The translations under genes and the position numbers were made by a program. The notes beneath the pieces were generated by a model that worked only from the letters and a program-made list of their open reading frames with translations, was not told where the DNA came from and searched no databases. A stretch of DNA of 48,983 nucleotides, the filler included, from Catajapyx aquilonaris (lineage: Eukaryota), in NCBI GenBank assembly GCA_000934665.2. It is 3 parts of 3 records of this genome, joined end to end, with 100 filler letters (N's around TTAATTAATTAA, not from the genome) between each part and the next. Parts side by side here need not be neighbours in the genome. Positions count along the whole stretch, not along the records: positions 16,487 to 32,736 come from JYFJ02007277.1; positions 32,837 to 48,983 come from JYFJ02007278.1; 1 more part is not named here. One strand, given 5' to 3'. This document shows positions 22,904-34,880 of this stretch, piece by piece. How positions within the stretch are numbered: position 1 is the stretch's first letter; each line of letters begins with the position of its first letter.

Positions 22904-24594
22904 ATTTATGTCTGGCTATAAACGAAATGCAGTGTTTGTTGAAATGCAAGGCACAGGTAAGAATATGGCACTGAAAAGAGTCCAAAAAACCAGATTCAGC
23001 AGTACAAAGGAAGCGACCACCACAGTATTGAGTGTATTCAGAACAGTTGCATCAACATTGGAGAAGATATCAGAAGACGTTGAAATGGACAATGTGACTG
23101 TGTCAGAAGCAACTGGCCTGCTGAAAAGAATGCGTGACATCAATTTCATCGTTTCCCTTCACGTACTTAATAAGCTCTTCAGTATTACTTCTCCAGTCAC
23201 TACCATCCTTCAAGGCGTTTCAATTGACCTCGCATCAGCGTCCGAGATAATCCGCTCATGCAAAGCAGCAATTTTCAAAATTCGTGCCAAGGGGGATGAC
23301 ACATGGAAAGAGGTTTGGGAGCAATCAGTTAAATTTGCTGATGCATATGATATCAATACAGCGCCAAAAAGGAGACACAGAAAGGTTCCGAGAATGGAAG
23401 GTGAACGAAGCAGAGATGAAGCTCCAGATGATAAACCGGAAAAAGTATTGAAAGTGAAGGTTTATTACACGGCTTGGGATGCACTTATTGCTCAAATGAA
23501 TGACAGATTTCCTGAGAGCAACCTTGCCCTGTTTCGAGAAATTAGTCTTTTCACACACAAGCAGCTGAAGCTTGACAGAACAATCAATGAAAATGACATC
23601 GCATGTTTGTGTGCAAAATATGACTTTGATGCACAGGAAGTTGTGGAAGAACTGGCATCATTTCGGATGTACTATAATGAGCTTGATCAATATGATACGA
23701 CAGGATCCGGATCAGATGGTGAATCTGCTCATCCTGCTCAATCTACTTCCTCAGAGAATTCATCATCAGATCATGAAGTTGATCGGCAAGAGGAATTAGA
23801 TGATGGTGAGGATCTGCAGGAGAGGGACGTTCCAACTGAACAGGTCTATAGGCAATGGCGACGCTTAGGGTTCCTCAATCCACGGAAAATTGTCTTCCAG
23901 CTGTCAGCCTTCCCAATGTTGACATGCATCTACAAGATTCTGGCCACATTGCCAATCTCCAGCTGCACAGCAGAGAGAGCCATGAGCAGATTGAAAATCA
24001 TAAAGAATAAATTGAGGTCCACAACAGGAGATGAAAGACTCGACAGCCTAATGATTATTGCCTCGGAAACAGACATTTTGGAGAGAATTTCCATTGATTC
24101 CATCATAGACAAATTTTTGCAATGAGCAGTAAACCTCTGAAGACGCTGTTGCTTCCGAGTGGTGTTTCAAATGATATTAGGATAAGTAACTATTCTGGCT
24201 GATGTGATGAAAACGAGATATTTGTACTTGTCTTTTTGTGACAAATTTAATAGCTATATGTAAATGTGTGAAACGAAAAGAAAATTTGCAAGACATTATA
24301 AGATATATTACTCACACGAGAATTTTGATTGTGTCAAATTTGATTTCTTCAATCGTTTGAATTAGTTAGTCTACTGAAAAAAGGATGTGTTTTCCTTAGA
24401 TTTGGTAATAATAAACGGTTACTTTAAATCAGCTTATTTGCTCAAAGAATAATGTGCCTTACAGTATTTATCACCTCCCTTGAAATAAAAATGAATATTT
24501 ACACTGGATATGAACTGTTCCTTCGGGGGGGGGGGGTGCATTCATGGCTGGGGGGGGGATGCCTCCATGGCTTAGGGGGGGATGGGGGCCACTG
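22904..24594 (+). mobile_element. 3' half of a hAT element (ZMYM/THAP-hAT-like transposase C-terminus, stop at 24125; right end at 24594)
   Basis: LKRVQKTRFSS (TRW-equivalent), LQGVSIDL, and hATC dimerisation domain ILATLPISSCTAERAMSRLKIIKNKLRSTTGDERLDSLMII. G-rich subterminus ending CCACTG. Confidence 0.85.
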
Positions 24595-24597
24595 GAA

Positions 24598-26605
24598 CAG
24601 TGGTTCCCAAACTGGGGGTCGCGAAGCCTTTTCTGGGGGGTCACGGCCGTAATTCTCACTTGCAATATTAATTTGGTGGAAAATTTCATCACGAAGGTAT
24701 TTTAAAATTCGTGATTCGCGAAGCAAAAACAACAATGCGAAAATAATTTTTCGCTATAACTACGATATTTCTTTATAATTACAGATATCGTCAAAACTCA
24801 AGCGACACTCAGAGACGAAGCATTCAGACCACGCTAAAAAGGATTTGGCATTCTTTCAACGCCATGAAAGTACTCTCAGGCGTCAGAGACTTGATTCTAC
24901 GGGAAATTTTCAGCAGCAGAACACAGCAGCAGTGCAAGCATCATATGAAGTCGCATTGGAAATTGCTAAACAAAAAAAAACCTCACACGATTGGAGAAAC
25001 GCTCCTCAAGCCATGTATGTTAAAGGTGGTGAAATTAGTTCTTGGGGAAGCCAGCGAGATAAAGTTGAGGCAAATATCTCTCTCTAATAACACCATTCAG
25101 AGGAGAATTGTCGATATGTCCCAAGATGTAAAAGAGCAGGTTCTGACTGAAATCAAAGGATCTCCTTTGTTTTCTATACAAGTTGACGAATCAACAGACG
25201 TAAGTTCATGCTCACAATTGATTGCTTTCGTGAGATATATGCATTCAGATGACATCAAGGAAGAATTCCTGCTTTGTAGTGCACTTGAAACCACTCCCAA
25301 GGGTGAAGATATTATGGAGAAGATATGTACATTTTTTGAAGCTGGGGGACTGCCGTGGAAAAATCTCTGTGGGGTTTGTACAGATGGAGCACCAGCTATG
25401 CTAGGGTCACAGTCAGGCTTTCAGATAAAAGTGAAAGAACTTGCTCCCCAAGCAAAGGGCGTTCACTGCATGATTCACAGATATGCTCTTGCCAGTAAGA
25501 CTCTTCCAGCTCCTTTGCAAGAGGTACTTGATACTCTGGTCAAAATGGTGAATTACATCAAAGCTGGAGCTCTCAACACCCGCCTATTCAAAGAACTATG
25601 TCAAGGCATGGACAGTAATCATGAGGTTCTTCTCTTCTACACGTCTGTACGGTGGTTATCAAAAGGAAATGTTGTTAATCGTGTGTTTGAGTTGAGAGAT
25701 GAAATCAAATTGTTCTTGGAAATAAAAGAGAAACATGACCTTGTGGCTTATTTTGATGATGAAATGTGGAAGAAAAGGGTTGCTTACTTAGCAGATATTT
25801 TGGAACAGCTAAATAAGCTTAACGTGAAGCTTCAGGGCAAGGACACGCACATCATCTTATTTCGAGACAATCTTCAAGCATTTGTGTGGAAGCTTCAAAA
25901 CTGGAGACGGAAAGTGAATCTTGGGAACATTTCCATGTTCGAAAAACTCTGTTGTGTGGTTGAAGAACCAGAAGGAGACCTGGATGAAACCCTGAAGGTG
26001 GAGATTATTGCACACCTCGAGTCACTTGAAAATGAATTTGAGCGTTACTTTCCTGAGCTTAGAGATGAAGAAGCTGCATTCGCACGTAATCCATTTTCTG
26101 ATTCCCTGGAGGTAGCCAGCATTCCCGATGAAGTACAGGATGAATTTTTGGACCTGCGGAATGATTCCTCTGCACGTAATTTGTTTTATGAAAAATTGCC
26201 GACTCAGTTCTGGTGCGCTATGTATCAGTCATATCCAAATGTCACCATCCTGGCCTTTCGGGTTTTACTGCCATTTGTGTCTACATATCGGTGCGAGAGT
26301 GGATTTTCAACGCTACTCCACATTAAAACCAAGGCAAGAAATAGGCTGAATGTTGAGGATGACATGAGGCTTTCTTTAACAAACACTCAACCGCGAATTT
26401 TGGACCTGGTTACCCAGATGCAAGTGCACCCATCACATTGAATGTTGGATAAATAAAATGAGGAAAGATCCATCATGTAAGAAATATATTTCGTTGTTTT
26501 CTTTACCCTTACAATGCCTTTAACGCGAATGTGGGGGAGGGGGGTCGCGGGTTACTTGCCTATTGTAAAAAGGGGTCGTGACCCGAAAAAGTTTGGGAGC
26601 CACTG
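24598..26605 (+). mobile_element. hAT Buster/Charlie-family DNA transposon (2008 bp)
   Basis: TIR CAGTGGTTCCCAAACT / AGTTTGGGAGCCACTG (15/16). Right flank GCATAGAA fits the nnnTAnnn target preference. Confidence 0.9.
24788..26441 (+). pseudogene. Buster-type (ZBED5/SCAND3-like) transposase, N-terminally deleted, with a +1 frameshift in the A9 run 24972-24980
   Basis: Half BED finger SKLKRHSETKH; KKPHTIGE, QVDESTD, CTDGAPAM, HCMIH, VRWLSKG, CESGFS, HPSH*. Confidence 0.9.
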
Positions 26606-27039
26606 GCATAGAACGACAACCTTACGAAAAAAGGGAAGGGGCTATTCCAGTTCTTTGCCTCCCATGCGGAGAAGAAACGGGGGAAAAGTGGCGGAGGCAA
26701 CACCGCAAAAATGCTGGAAGAAGTCGACTTGGCAACCCACGCCTGTATAGATCTCAAAAGTGAAGGGCCGAGGGTGTTGGCCAGCAGACATCATATAAGG
26801 CCATGAAGGAAGAGTGCGGCAGGTTGCTGGCCCTGTACTGGGACGACGAGGAGAGTATTTTTACTCTGACTGTAAGTATGCTGCCTGTCCAGCAGTTTTC
26901 ATATTCTGCAAATGACAGTATATTTCACAGGCCTTTCCTTCCACACAGGATGCTGCTGCCGCCGGTGAGGGTGTTGTCCAGGATGCCGTAAGCAAGTCAG
27001 AGGGTCCCGTACTGGTGATCAGAGGTAAATTCAGTATGC

Positions 27040-28560
27040 ATGAAGCAGTCACTACTCATTAGAGAAACAATATCAGAGGGGTATCATTTCATAACTGGCC
27101 AAGTCCAGTCCAGGGCCAAATCGAGTTGCGGTCATGATGGAAAAAAACTGAAGTGTGCTAAACTCCAAGCAAGTGATATCAAGGCCTTTCATGATATCTT
27201 TTATGCAAAACCATGTAGGAGAGAACAAGACATCATGATAATGAAGTACTGCACCGTTATGAGTCCACAACGACATCGTGCACGTGACGGTAGCAGAAAG
27301 GCAAAGGAGATCACGACAACATACCACATCCCAATACTTCTTGGTGCTGGAAAGGGGACACTAATACCTGTGTGTAGGGAAGTCTTTCTTGGGGCATTGG
27401 GAGGAATATCGAAAAGTAGAGTGCAAGCAGTCATGAGACACCTCCTGAACACAGGTACGTTATCCACAGCTAGACGTTAATAATCATTCCTATGATTTCA
27501 TTATCATGAACCATCCTGATAATGGTTCACTTCACTCTAATCCTCTTATTATGATCAATGCACACAATTGCTTTTGGAGTCACTATCTTGTAAATTTTAT
27601 TATGAATTTTTTCCAATCTTCCTATTTTTGAAGGAAACTACCGGCAAGAGACTCGTGGTGAAGATCACAGGAGTAAGCAATATTCTGCAAAACGCAAGTG
27701 TGTGCATGAGTTCATCAAATCATTCAAAGCAATAGATGCTCACTACACGCGGTCCGGAAGTTGCCGACAATATTTGCCATGTGAGCTGAATGTTAAGAAA
27801 ATGTGGCGGATGTTTAATGACACAGTTGCGCCGGAACAACGCGTGAAGAAACATTCTTTCGAAAAATATTTGGGGGCGACTATAATCTTGGATTTGGTAG
27901 TCCCCAAACTGACTGTTGCTCCACATGTTTATCATTAGGTGAGCGAGTGAAAGCAGCCAAAGGGCAACAGAAGGTGCTTCTCATGACTGAAAGACGTATT
28001 CATCGTCTGCGCGCCAAGGCATTCATACCCTGTTAAAGGAATCCCGAGACACTCTCAAAATGTTTGCATTTGATTGCCAGAAGAACTTGGTTCTTCCAAA
28101 AGTGCCTGATCAGTCAGCGTATTATTCACGCCAGTTGTACTTGTACAATTTCACCATTGTTTGTTGTCAGGCAGACAGAAAACTGGCCAAGTCAAATGTA
28201 TTTTCGTACATTTGGCGTGAAGACCAGGCCAGCGAAAATGCCAGTACAATTGCTTCTGCCCTTCACCATCAACTCCTATAGGTACCCAATGGAATGCAGA
28301 GGTAACCACTGTCCGCCTGGTGTCCGACGGTTGCGGGGGCCAGAATAAGAATTCGACAGCAATAGGAATGGCATGCAAGTGGTTACAGGATGAAGCCCCT
28401 CCTAATGTGACCAAGATAGATCTCATTTTCCCGGTTACAGGGCACTCATTCCTACCGACAGTCTTTGGAAACAGAAAAAACCATCAAGAGACATGACACC
28501 ATCCTTTTACCAGAGGAGTACATAGACATTATCAGAGAAGTTGCCACAGTTGTTGAAATG
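27040..28560 (+). pseudogene. Degenerate Sola1-like DNA transposase (probable intron about 27455-27633)
   Basis: VCREVFLGALGGISKSRV; IDAHYTR...YLPCELNVKKMW; FDCQKNLVLPK...AYYSRQLYLYNFTI; SDGCGGQNKN; FPVTGHSFLP. Several frameshifts. Superfamily assignment is from memory. Confidence 0.7.
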
Positions 28561-28769
28561 GGCTCTGGGTACATATGCTATATATGTGTCAATCGTGAAG
28601 GCTTCAACCGTGCAATTGTTACGGTTCCTCAGCTGTAAGCCTTAATAGTGTACACTTCTTAAAGTTGGTATTACGTATTACAGCCTCTGAGAACAACGTG
28701 AGTGACGTCCATGATTTATCAAGCGAGACATCAAAATCATCCCAGCAGGCCACATCTTTCCCTCATCAG

Positions 28770-28935
28770 AAGGAAGCATGTGTGTTTTCATTGCAACTTT
28801 GAAACTCGCAAAACAACCACATTCCGAGAACATTATTCAACATTTCACCCTCACAACAAAAGGTTACAGTGCAGTGTGTGTTTGTGCTCTTTTAATGTTT
28901 GGATCCGCCATTTAGAACATACTAAAAATTGCTGG
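28770..28935 (+). pseudogene. Two-finger C2H2-type zinc-finger fragment
   Basis: HVCFHCNFETRKTTTFREHYSTFH...LQCSVCLCSFNVWIRHLEHTKNC. Confidence 0.6.
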
Positions 28936-29550
28936 ACTAATGAGACTCCAGTTGTTCTGGAGGTGAGCGTCACCAGATGTCAAAGGGTCTGTATCACTTG
29001 AGTCTGGTGCGAACATGTACGTACATATATATCCACAATGAAGAAAGTAACTTACTTGACTAGGTAAGTTTTCACGGAAAGAAAGGAGGCTGGCCAGCCA
29101 TTTAATACTAGAAAAAAAAAAGCCAGCAGAGAGATGACTACACCGGCGGACCACCTCCTCCACAACTGGATAAGAGACATACACATGGAAACCGCACCAG
29201 AACCAACAGGCCCACCACGGAAGGGGGAAACGGACAAGGTGATATGGCCTCAGCTCCAGCCATCCAAGGCTTTTCCATTCGGCTGCCAGCAGGAACAATC
29301 CATTGCTGAGCACCTGGAGAAGGTCCTCATGGCGCATGTGAACAACCGAAGAACGGCCCTTCTATATAAGACCCCATCACTCGCACGGGCCTGGCGTGGA
29401 TCAAGCAGCATGTACCAGACATTGCCACCATCAAAACCACCAACCACTACGTACTGAGCATGCAGCACCATCTCCAAGGGGAAAGCTACGCCCTATTGGG
29501 TCAGCAGGACCAGTGGGAGGGGGGGGGGGAGGACTATATGGAATCAGAAG

Positions 29551-29870
29551 GTGGAGGACACCAAAGAAAGACTCAGGAGCTTGTCAACTCTGCTCTTGGA
29601 AAGTAAACTCGTACTATCCATTGCACTGATTAGAGAAGCCAGAGAGAGCCCTTGCGACCTTCACCCATGTGCAACGGGTCCACATATACAGTCTCCCCAA
29701 ACTGCACAAGAATATTTCCGATCTCTGCAAGATGCCCATCCGGCCCATTGTGACGGGATACGCAGCCCCCAACGCAGGGCTAAACCAGCTCTTAACGTAC
29801 CTTCTCTCTCCCCTCATTCGGTCCACCTACCCCACAGACTCTTCGATCGATGTTGACATGATGGACATCT
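29551..29870 (+). pseudogene. Penelope-like element RT N-terminal fragment
   Basis: IYSLPKLHK...PIRPIVTGYAAPNAGLNQLLTYLLSPL matches the PLE YGLPKIHK/PLRPIVS motif. Confidence 0.75.
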
Positions 29871-30194
29871 TGGGTCGTATTCAGAAACCCCTTGCGCACC
29901 GGCCTCATTTTTCCGCATTTTTGGGTGCTTGTTACATCACTTAAAATTTTATGACGGCGTAAGTTACTCCCGAATGCAAATGACTTCTTAAATACTACAT
30001 TACGAATAAGGGAAAAGTACATCACACATGTGTAAGAGAGAGGTCAGTTACGCTTACACAACAAAAAAATCGGTTCTGCTGTTGTTAGTTAGCCAGAACT
30101 TAACTCCCAAATTCTCTTTATCCCCCCCCTTAATGCAGTAAGGTTGACTGAACTTTGTAAATATAGCGGTAATAATCATATGTTGTTGTTTCAG

Positions 30195-30392
30195 ATGGCA
30201 ACGGGAGGGATATCCAGCGCACCCAGGGGAATGAGCACTGTTCTCGTAGGAGGGCTTCCTCCCCAAATGACTTTATCACAATTAGCGGCATTTTTGGAGC
30301 AATTCGGGGACATGGAGGCAGTGCAACTTTCGAATCGATACGGTTTTGTCCGCTTCAAATCGGACCTCGCAGCCCGGGAGCTGACCCAACAG
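30195..30392 (+). CDS. Single exon encoding most of an RRM domain
   Basis: TTGTTTCAG|ATG...CAACAG|GTGAGC, 66 codons. RNP2 VLVGGL and RNP1 RYGFVRF. Confidence 0.7.
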
Positions 30393-31269
30393 GTGAGCTT
30401 CATTCTTTAGCCCATAGAGTCATAGACTATTGTTTGGAATTACAGTTAGCTATTACAGTGGTATCATACCATCATTTTCGCCCGATGCACATTCGCCAAG
30501 CGACAGTTTGCCCACCGTACATATTCGCCCGATTCGATATAATTGAAGAGCGATTTCCCAAAACAAGTTCAGTCCATTTGCAACATTTTTCAGGAGAGAG
30601 AAAAAACTGTATATTTCAAAACCTAGTAGGTTTTAGCATTTCATCTTTGATGTGTTCTGCGTCTAATCTGACACACTTTTTCATGGTATTGTGTGAGAAA
30701 ATCATAGTATTGAAGGGACAGAAATAGGGTCATTGAAATTTCAAAATCTCTCCAAAAACAAGTTCAGTCCATGGACTGAGCTTGTTTTCAGAGAAACTTC
30801 ATGTGAAATGGGGCTTGAAAGAGCATTCGATTTACGTTTCTCAAGTACAAGCTACTGTTTCATTAATTTCTTGCTTCAATACCTATTTCACTTGCAATCT
30901 GGAATGCCGGCTAGGCAGAAGTAGCCTACCAATACAACCAGAATGATTAATTTCACTGCAACAAATTAATTTATTCCAAATTATATTTCCTGCACCCTGG
31001 GAACTCAGCATAATCCTCCCACTGCATTAGGCTTCCCAAAATAATATATAATTTTAACTCCATTAATGATCGAACATGGCATCTATTACCCAAACTGTGA
31101 GCGGCCGCCATGTTGAAAGGCACAGCTGATTTGCCGCTCGCAAAGGTAGAGCACGTGTGTAGGCTACTGTGTCTCAACCGGTCCTCACAAGAATGCCCGG
31201 ACCAACTGCCAATGCCCCTGCTGTCAGGAGACCCCGAGCTGGAAACTGGAGTGAGAAGGAGACTCTATT

Positions 31270-31590
31270 CCAGCTTATACGTGAAAATGTTGGAGCGGTG
31301 GAAAAATAAGGGACACGACAGTTCCATGATTCGGAAGAAGGCGGAGGCATGGGTGGCCATCCACGCCAACTTTGTTGCCCAGCATGGGGTGGCCAGCACA
31401 ATGGCCATGCTGAAGCAACAGTGGAAGCGGATGAAACTGGGGGCGAAATCTGCCATCAGCAGGTTTCGGGCGGGGCAAAGGTAGGCTGGAGGTGGGAAGC
31501 CCCCAAAGGAGCCCAGTGCCCTGGACTGGGCAATACAAGAACTTCTGCCACATGAATTCGAGACGGATACCTCATCGTATGACAATGACG
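31270..31590 (+). pseudogene. Myb/SANT-like DNA-binding domain remnant (PIF/Harbinger ORF type)
   Basis: KKAEAWVAIHANF...LKQQWKRMKLGAK...*AGGGKPP...SYDND, with an internal stop at 31482. Confidence 0.7.
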
Positions 31591-31879
31591 AAGAGGGTCT
31601 TGGGGAGCAACAGGCACGCCAAGGCCTGCCACCGCCACCGGAAGGAAACCTGACAAATGAAGAGATATACTCAAAATGAAAAAAAAATGGACTTAGGGGA
31701 CTTTGGAATCCGCCTCTTCAATTGTTCCTCGACGCGGAGTGAAAGTGTGTGTAGTTGTGGTCTGGGAAGAAAAGAAGAAGAAAAAAGTGATTCAACATTG
31801 TGTGCATTAGTGCGTCGTGTTCCGGAGAAACCCGATAAAGATGTTGGGATGGAACTTCCCATATGAAAATCATCATGGT

Positions 31880-32736
31880 GCCACTTCACCTCTTGTGCAA
31901 GTGCCAGCTATTGGCATGGTAACGAATTGTACAAGAGATTACATGCATTGTGTATGTTTGGGCGTCACTAAAAAATTGCTTCTAATTCTAATTGATACAC
32001 GTGAGAAGACAGGCTATCGAATGGTTGCATGCAAGGTCAATACTTCATCTGATAGACCTCTGAAGATTGACAATTACATCCCAAGAGACTGCTATCGAAA
32101 GCCTCGGGCATTAACAGAAATCCCTCTCTGGAAAGCTACTGAATTCCGAACATTTCTTCTGTATGTTGGGCTTGTTGTTTTACTAGATGTGGTTCACATA
32201 GCAGTACTGGAACATTTCCTGTTGCTCCATGTTGGTGACACATGAAGATACTGGTTTGGCAAACAAAATACTTTGGGTTTTTGTCAGCCATTGTAGTGAA
32301 TTATATGGAAATAAATTCTCTGTGTATAACATTCACATGTTGATACATTTAAGCGAGGATTGTCGCAAATATGGGTCCCTTGACAACTACTCAGCATTTG
32401 TTTTTGAGAATTATATGAGTACTCTGAGAGACATGGTCAGGTCTCCCATAAACCCCATTAAACAAGTATGGAATCAAAGGCAGCTGCAGCAGGAGTCATC
32501 CAAAATCTGTGCCAAAAGCTCCTGCAGTCAGTGACCAATATTAGGAGATTTTGAATGCACTATGGCCCATAATTTTGGCCCTGTACCTAGCGGGTACATT
32601 GGAAAGCTGTACAAAAAAGTTGAAGACAACAGAAACGGCTGCACAATTTGCATATACGATTATTCTGTTGGTGACAGTGTATGCATGCTGAAGGATAGCA
32701 AGTGTGTAGTCTATATGAATAATTTCATTGTACAAG
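31880..32736 (+). pseudogene. Animal EnSpm/CACTA (CMC)-like transposase fragment
   Basis: DYMHCVCLGV, WKATEFRTFLLY, VYNIHMLIHL, YGSLDNYSAFVFEN. Frameshifts and a deletion are present. Confidence 0.8.
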
Positions 32737-32836
32737 NNNNNNNNNNNNNNNNNNNNNNNNNNNNNNNNNNNNNNNNNNNNTTAATTAATTAANNNNNNNN
32801 NNNNNNNNNNNNNNNNNNNNNNNNNNNNNNNNNNNN
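32737..32836. other. Artificial contig spacer
   Basis: N44-TTAATTAATTAA-N44. Confidence 0.95.
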
Positions 32837-32929
32837 CCTTGCGACATTATTTCTGGTGGGCACCCTCATCGTTCCAAAAGCACCCAGTTCGCCGGAACTG
32901 GGCGCACTTCCAGACGGTATAAACACACC

Positions 32930-34102
32930 TTCAATTGGAAGCTATTGGACAAGGACATGGCTTACACAAATGCAGAACAACTGATGGTGAGAATGGAGCA
33001 GAAGGAGGAAGAAAACAAGGGGTCGCCGGATCCATGGCCCCAATTTTGTCGGGCCGTTTTGCTCGCCTTTTGCTACGCCCAGGACTCGGATTTCGAACTG
33101 GCGCATCGTACTTTGGACCGGTGTGTCGTGTATGCTGAAAAGTTAAAGTGTGGCCATGAAGGCTCGAAATATGTGGTGGACGCAAACCGTGCTTGGGTGT
33201 ATCGCCTCGAAGGACGTGGTCGGAAATCGGAGGCAACCGTGTCGAAACTCGTGAACTATTTGAGCCTCCCAGATTCGGACCGGGCTGCAATTACCGCGAT
33301 TAGAGCCGTGGCATTAATGGAACAAGGTCTTGAAGGTAACATGCGAGCAGAAGAGTTCATTCTGGAGGCCATTCATCTCGATGATAACCAAGCGGAGTGG
33401 CACTACCTGCATGGGAAAATGTCTATGAGGATTCGCCACATTGAAAGACTCAGGGGGATACTAATAGACGAAGAGACATGCGATCTAGAAAAGGCTGTTG
33501 CCCTAGGCCAGAGCCCCAGGCACGTCCTCCTCCTAGGGCAGAGGCTACGTGAAGATGCAACCTCATGCACCAATGATGTGGAAATACTCTTTAAAAAAGT
33601 CGTAGAATGTTTCCACAATGCACTGAATATGGGCTCCGATTGTCCGATTATCAACATCCGATTGGCAGAGGAATTCATGAACCTTCCGTACCCTTTCAAG
33701 AACCACTACTTGGTCGGACAGTGCATCCAAGGCGCTCTTAAGCTGGCACCTGATAACAGCATGGTGCTTCAGAAGGCGGGCTTGTACTATGAAGGTATAC
33801 ATGACAAGGCGTCGGCAATGGACTGCTATAAAAAGTCAATCGCGTGCAGTAAATTTGGAAATTTCGCAGCGAGTTTGAATATTCTTAACTTGAAATCGAC
33901 ACTTGAGAAAAATTTCGACCCGTTTCCCATGATCCAAGATGTAATGAGCGAATACGACGAAAGCAACATCCAGAAAGCGACACTACTCATTATTCGAGGA
34001 TTATTCTACTATTCTCTTGGAGGGAACACCAAATCAGCGATGAAGGACTTCTGTGAGGCAGGAAATATCATCAGTAAGGAAGCTATGTACCCAACCTTTT
34101 TG
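32930..34102 (+). CDS. IFIT-like TPR protein, paralog 1, main exon (5' end missing or disrupted)
   Basis: Starts FNWKLL and is colinear with paralog 3 (DPW..F..AVLLAFCYA, EWH.L.GK...RIRH, ALKLAPDNSMV.QKAG, GNF.A.LN, FDPFP). Donor TTG|GTAAGT at 34102. Confidence 0.8.
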
Positions 34103-34391
34103 GTAAGTTACGTAGAGTGTATATCAATTTTTGAAATATGGCCATTGCTTTGGACCACTGTGGCACTGCTGGAAAACATGTTTGCATAACTGAATTTTTT
34201 CACAGTGTAGAGATGCGTTTGGATGTAGGTTGTCACTATCTATGGTATAGTCAATCTCCGTAAATGCCTAATGCTTTTTCACAAGCCGGATCCTAAGCAA
34301 GATATGACAATTTATTATCTTGTTCATTATTAGAATGATACCACGTTATAGAATTAATGAGTTTCAATAATTTCAAAACGATTTTTTTCAG

Positions 34392-34880
34392 CAAATATCT
34401 GGTTACACGTGCTTCCATAACATCCTGCACCTGGATCGCCTTCTGCGAGATACGGAGCGCCTGCTGCGGGATGTGGATAATTGTCCAGTTGACAATGACC
34501 AAAGGACTTACCTATCATTTTACTTTACACCAGTGGTGAAGAAGGCTCTCCAGAAGAGGTGCCCACCAGGCACAGGAGCTATCAAGGGTGGTCCCAGGGG
34601 TGGTCTCATGGGTGGTCCCAGGGGTGGTCCCAGGGGTGGTCCCAGGGGTGGTCCTCCTAGGGGTGGTCTCATGGGTGGTCCCAGGGGTGGTCCCAGGGGT
34701 GGTCCCAGGGGTGGTTCTAAGGAAGACCTTAGGAGAGAACCTAAGGGACGTTCTAGAGTGACGAGTGTGCGCGGGTCCAAGGCAGGTCCTGAAGGGAATG
34801 CTACAAGTGTTTCTCATGCAGGTTATGTGGGAGGTGCTAGGCCTAAAGTAGAAAAGATCTACGCAAAGAGCAGGCAGTAG
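34392..34880 (+). CDS. Paralog 1 last exon with GGPR/RGG repeat tail
   Basis: Acceptor TTTTTTTCAG, phase 0. QISGYTCFHNILHLDRLL...PVVKK is homologous to the paralog 3 last exon, then (GGPR)n. Confidence 0.8.
   Translation, partial: QISGYTCFHNILHLDRLLRDTERLLRDVDNCPVDNDQRTYLSFYFTPVVKKALQKRCPPGTGAIKGGPRGGLMGGPRGGPRGGPRGGPPRGGLMGGPRGGPRGGPRGGSKEDLRREPKGRSRVTSVRGSKAGPEGNATSVSHAGYVGGARPKVEKIYAKSRQ
34587..34715 (+). repeat. Coding 12-nt minisatellite GGTGGTCCCAGG (Gly-Gly-Pro-Arg)
   Basis: Read directly; includes a duplicated GGLM-GGPR-GGPR-GGP block. Confidence 0.95.
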
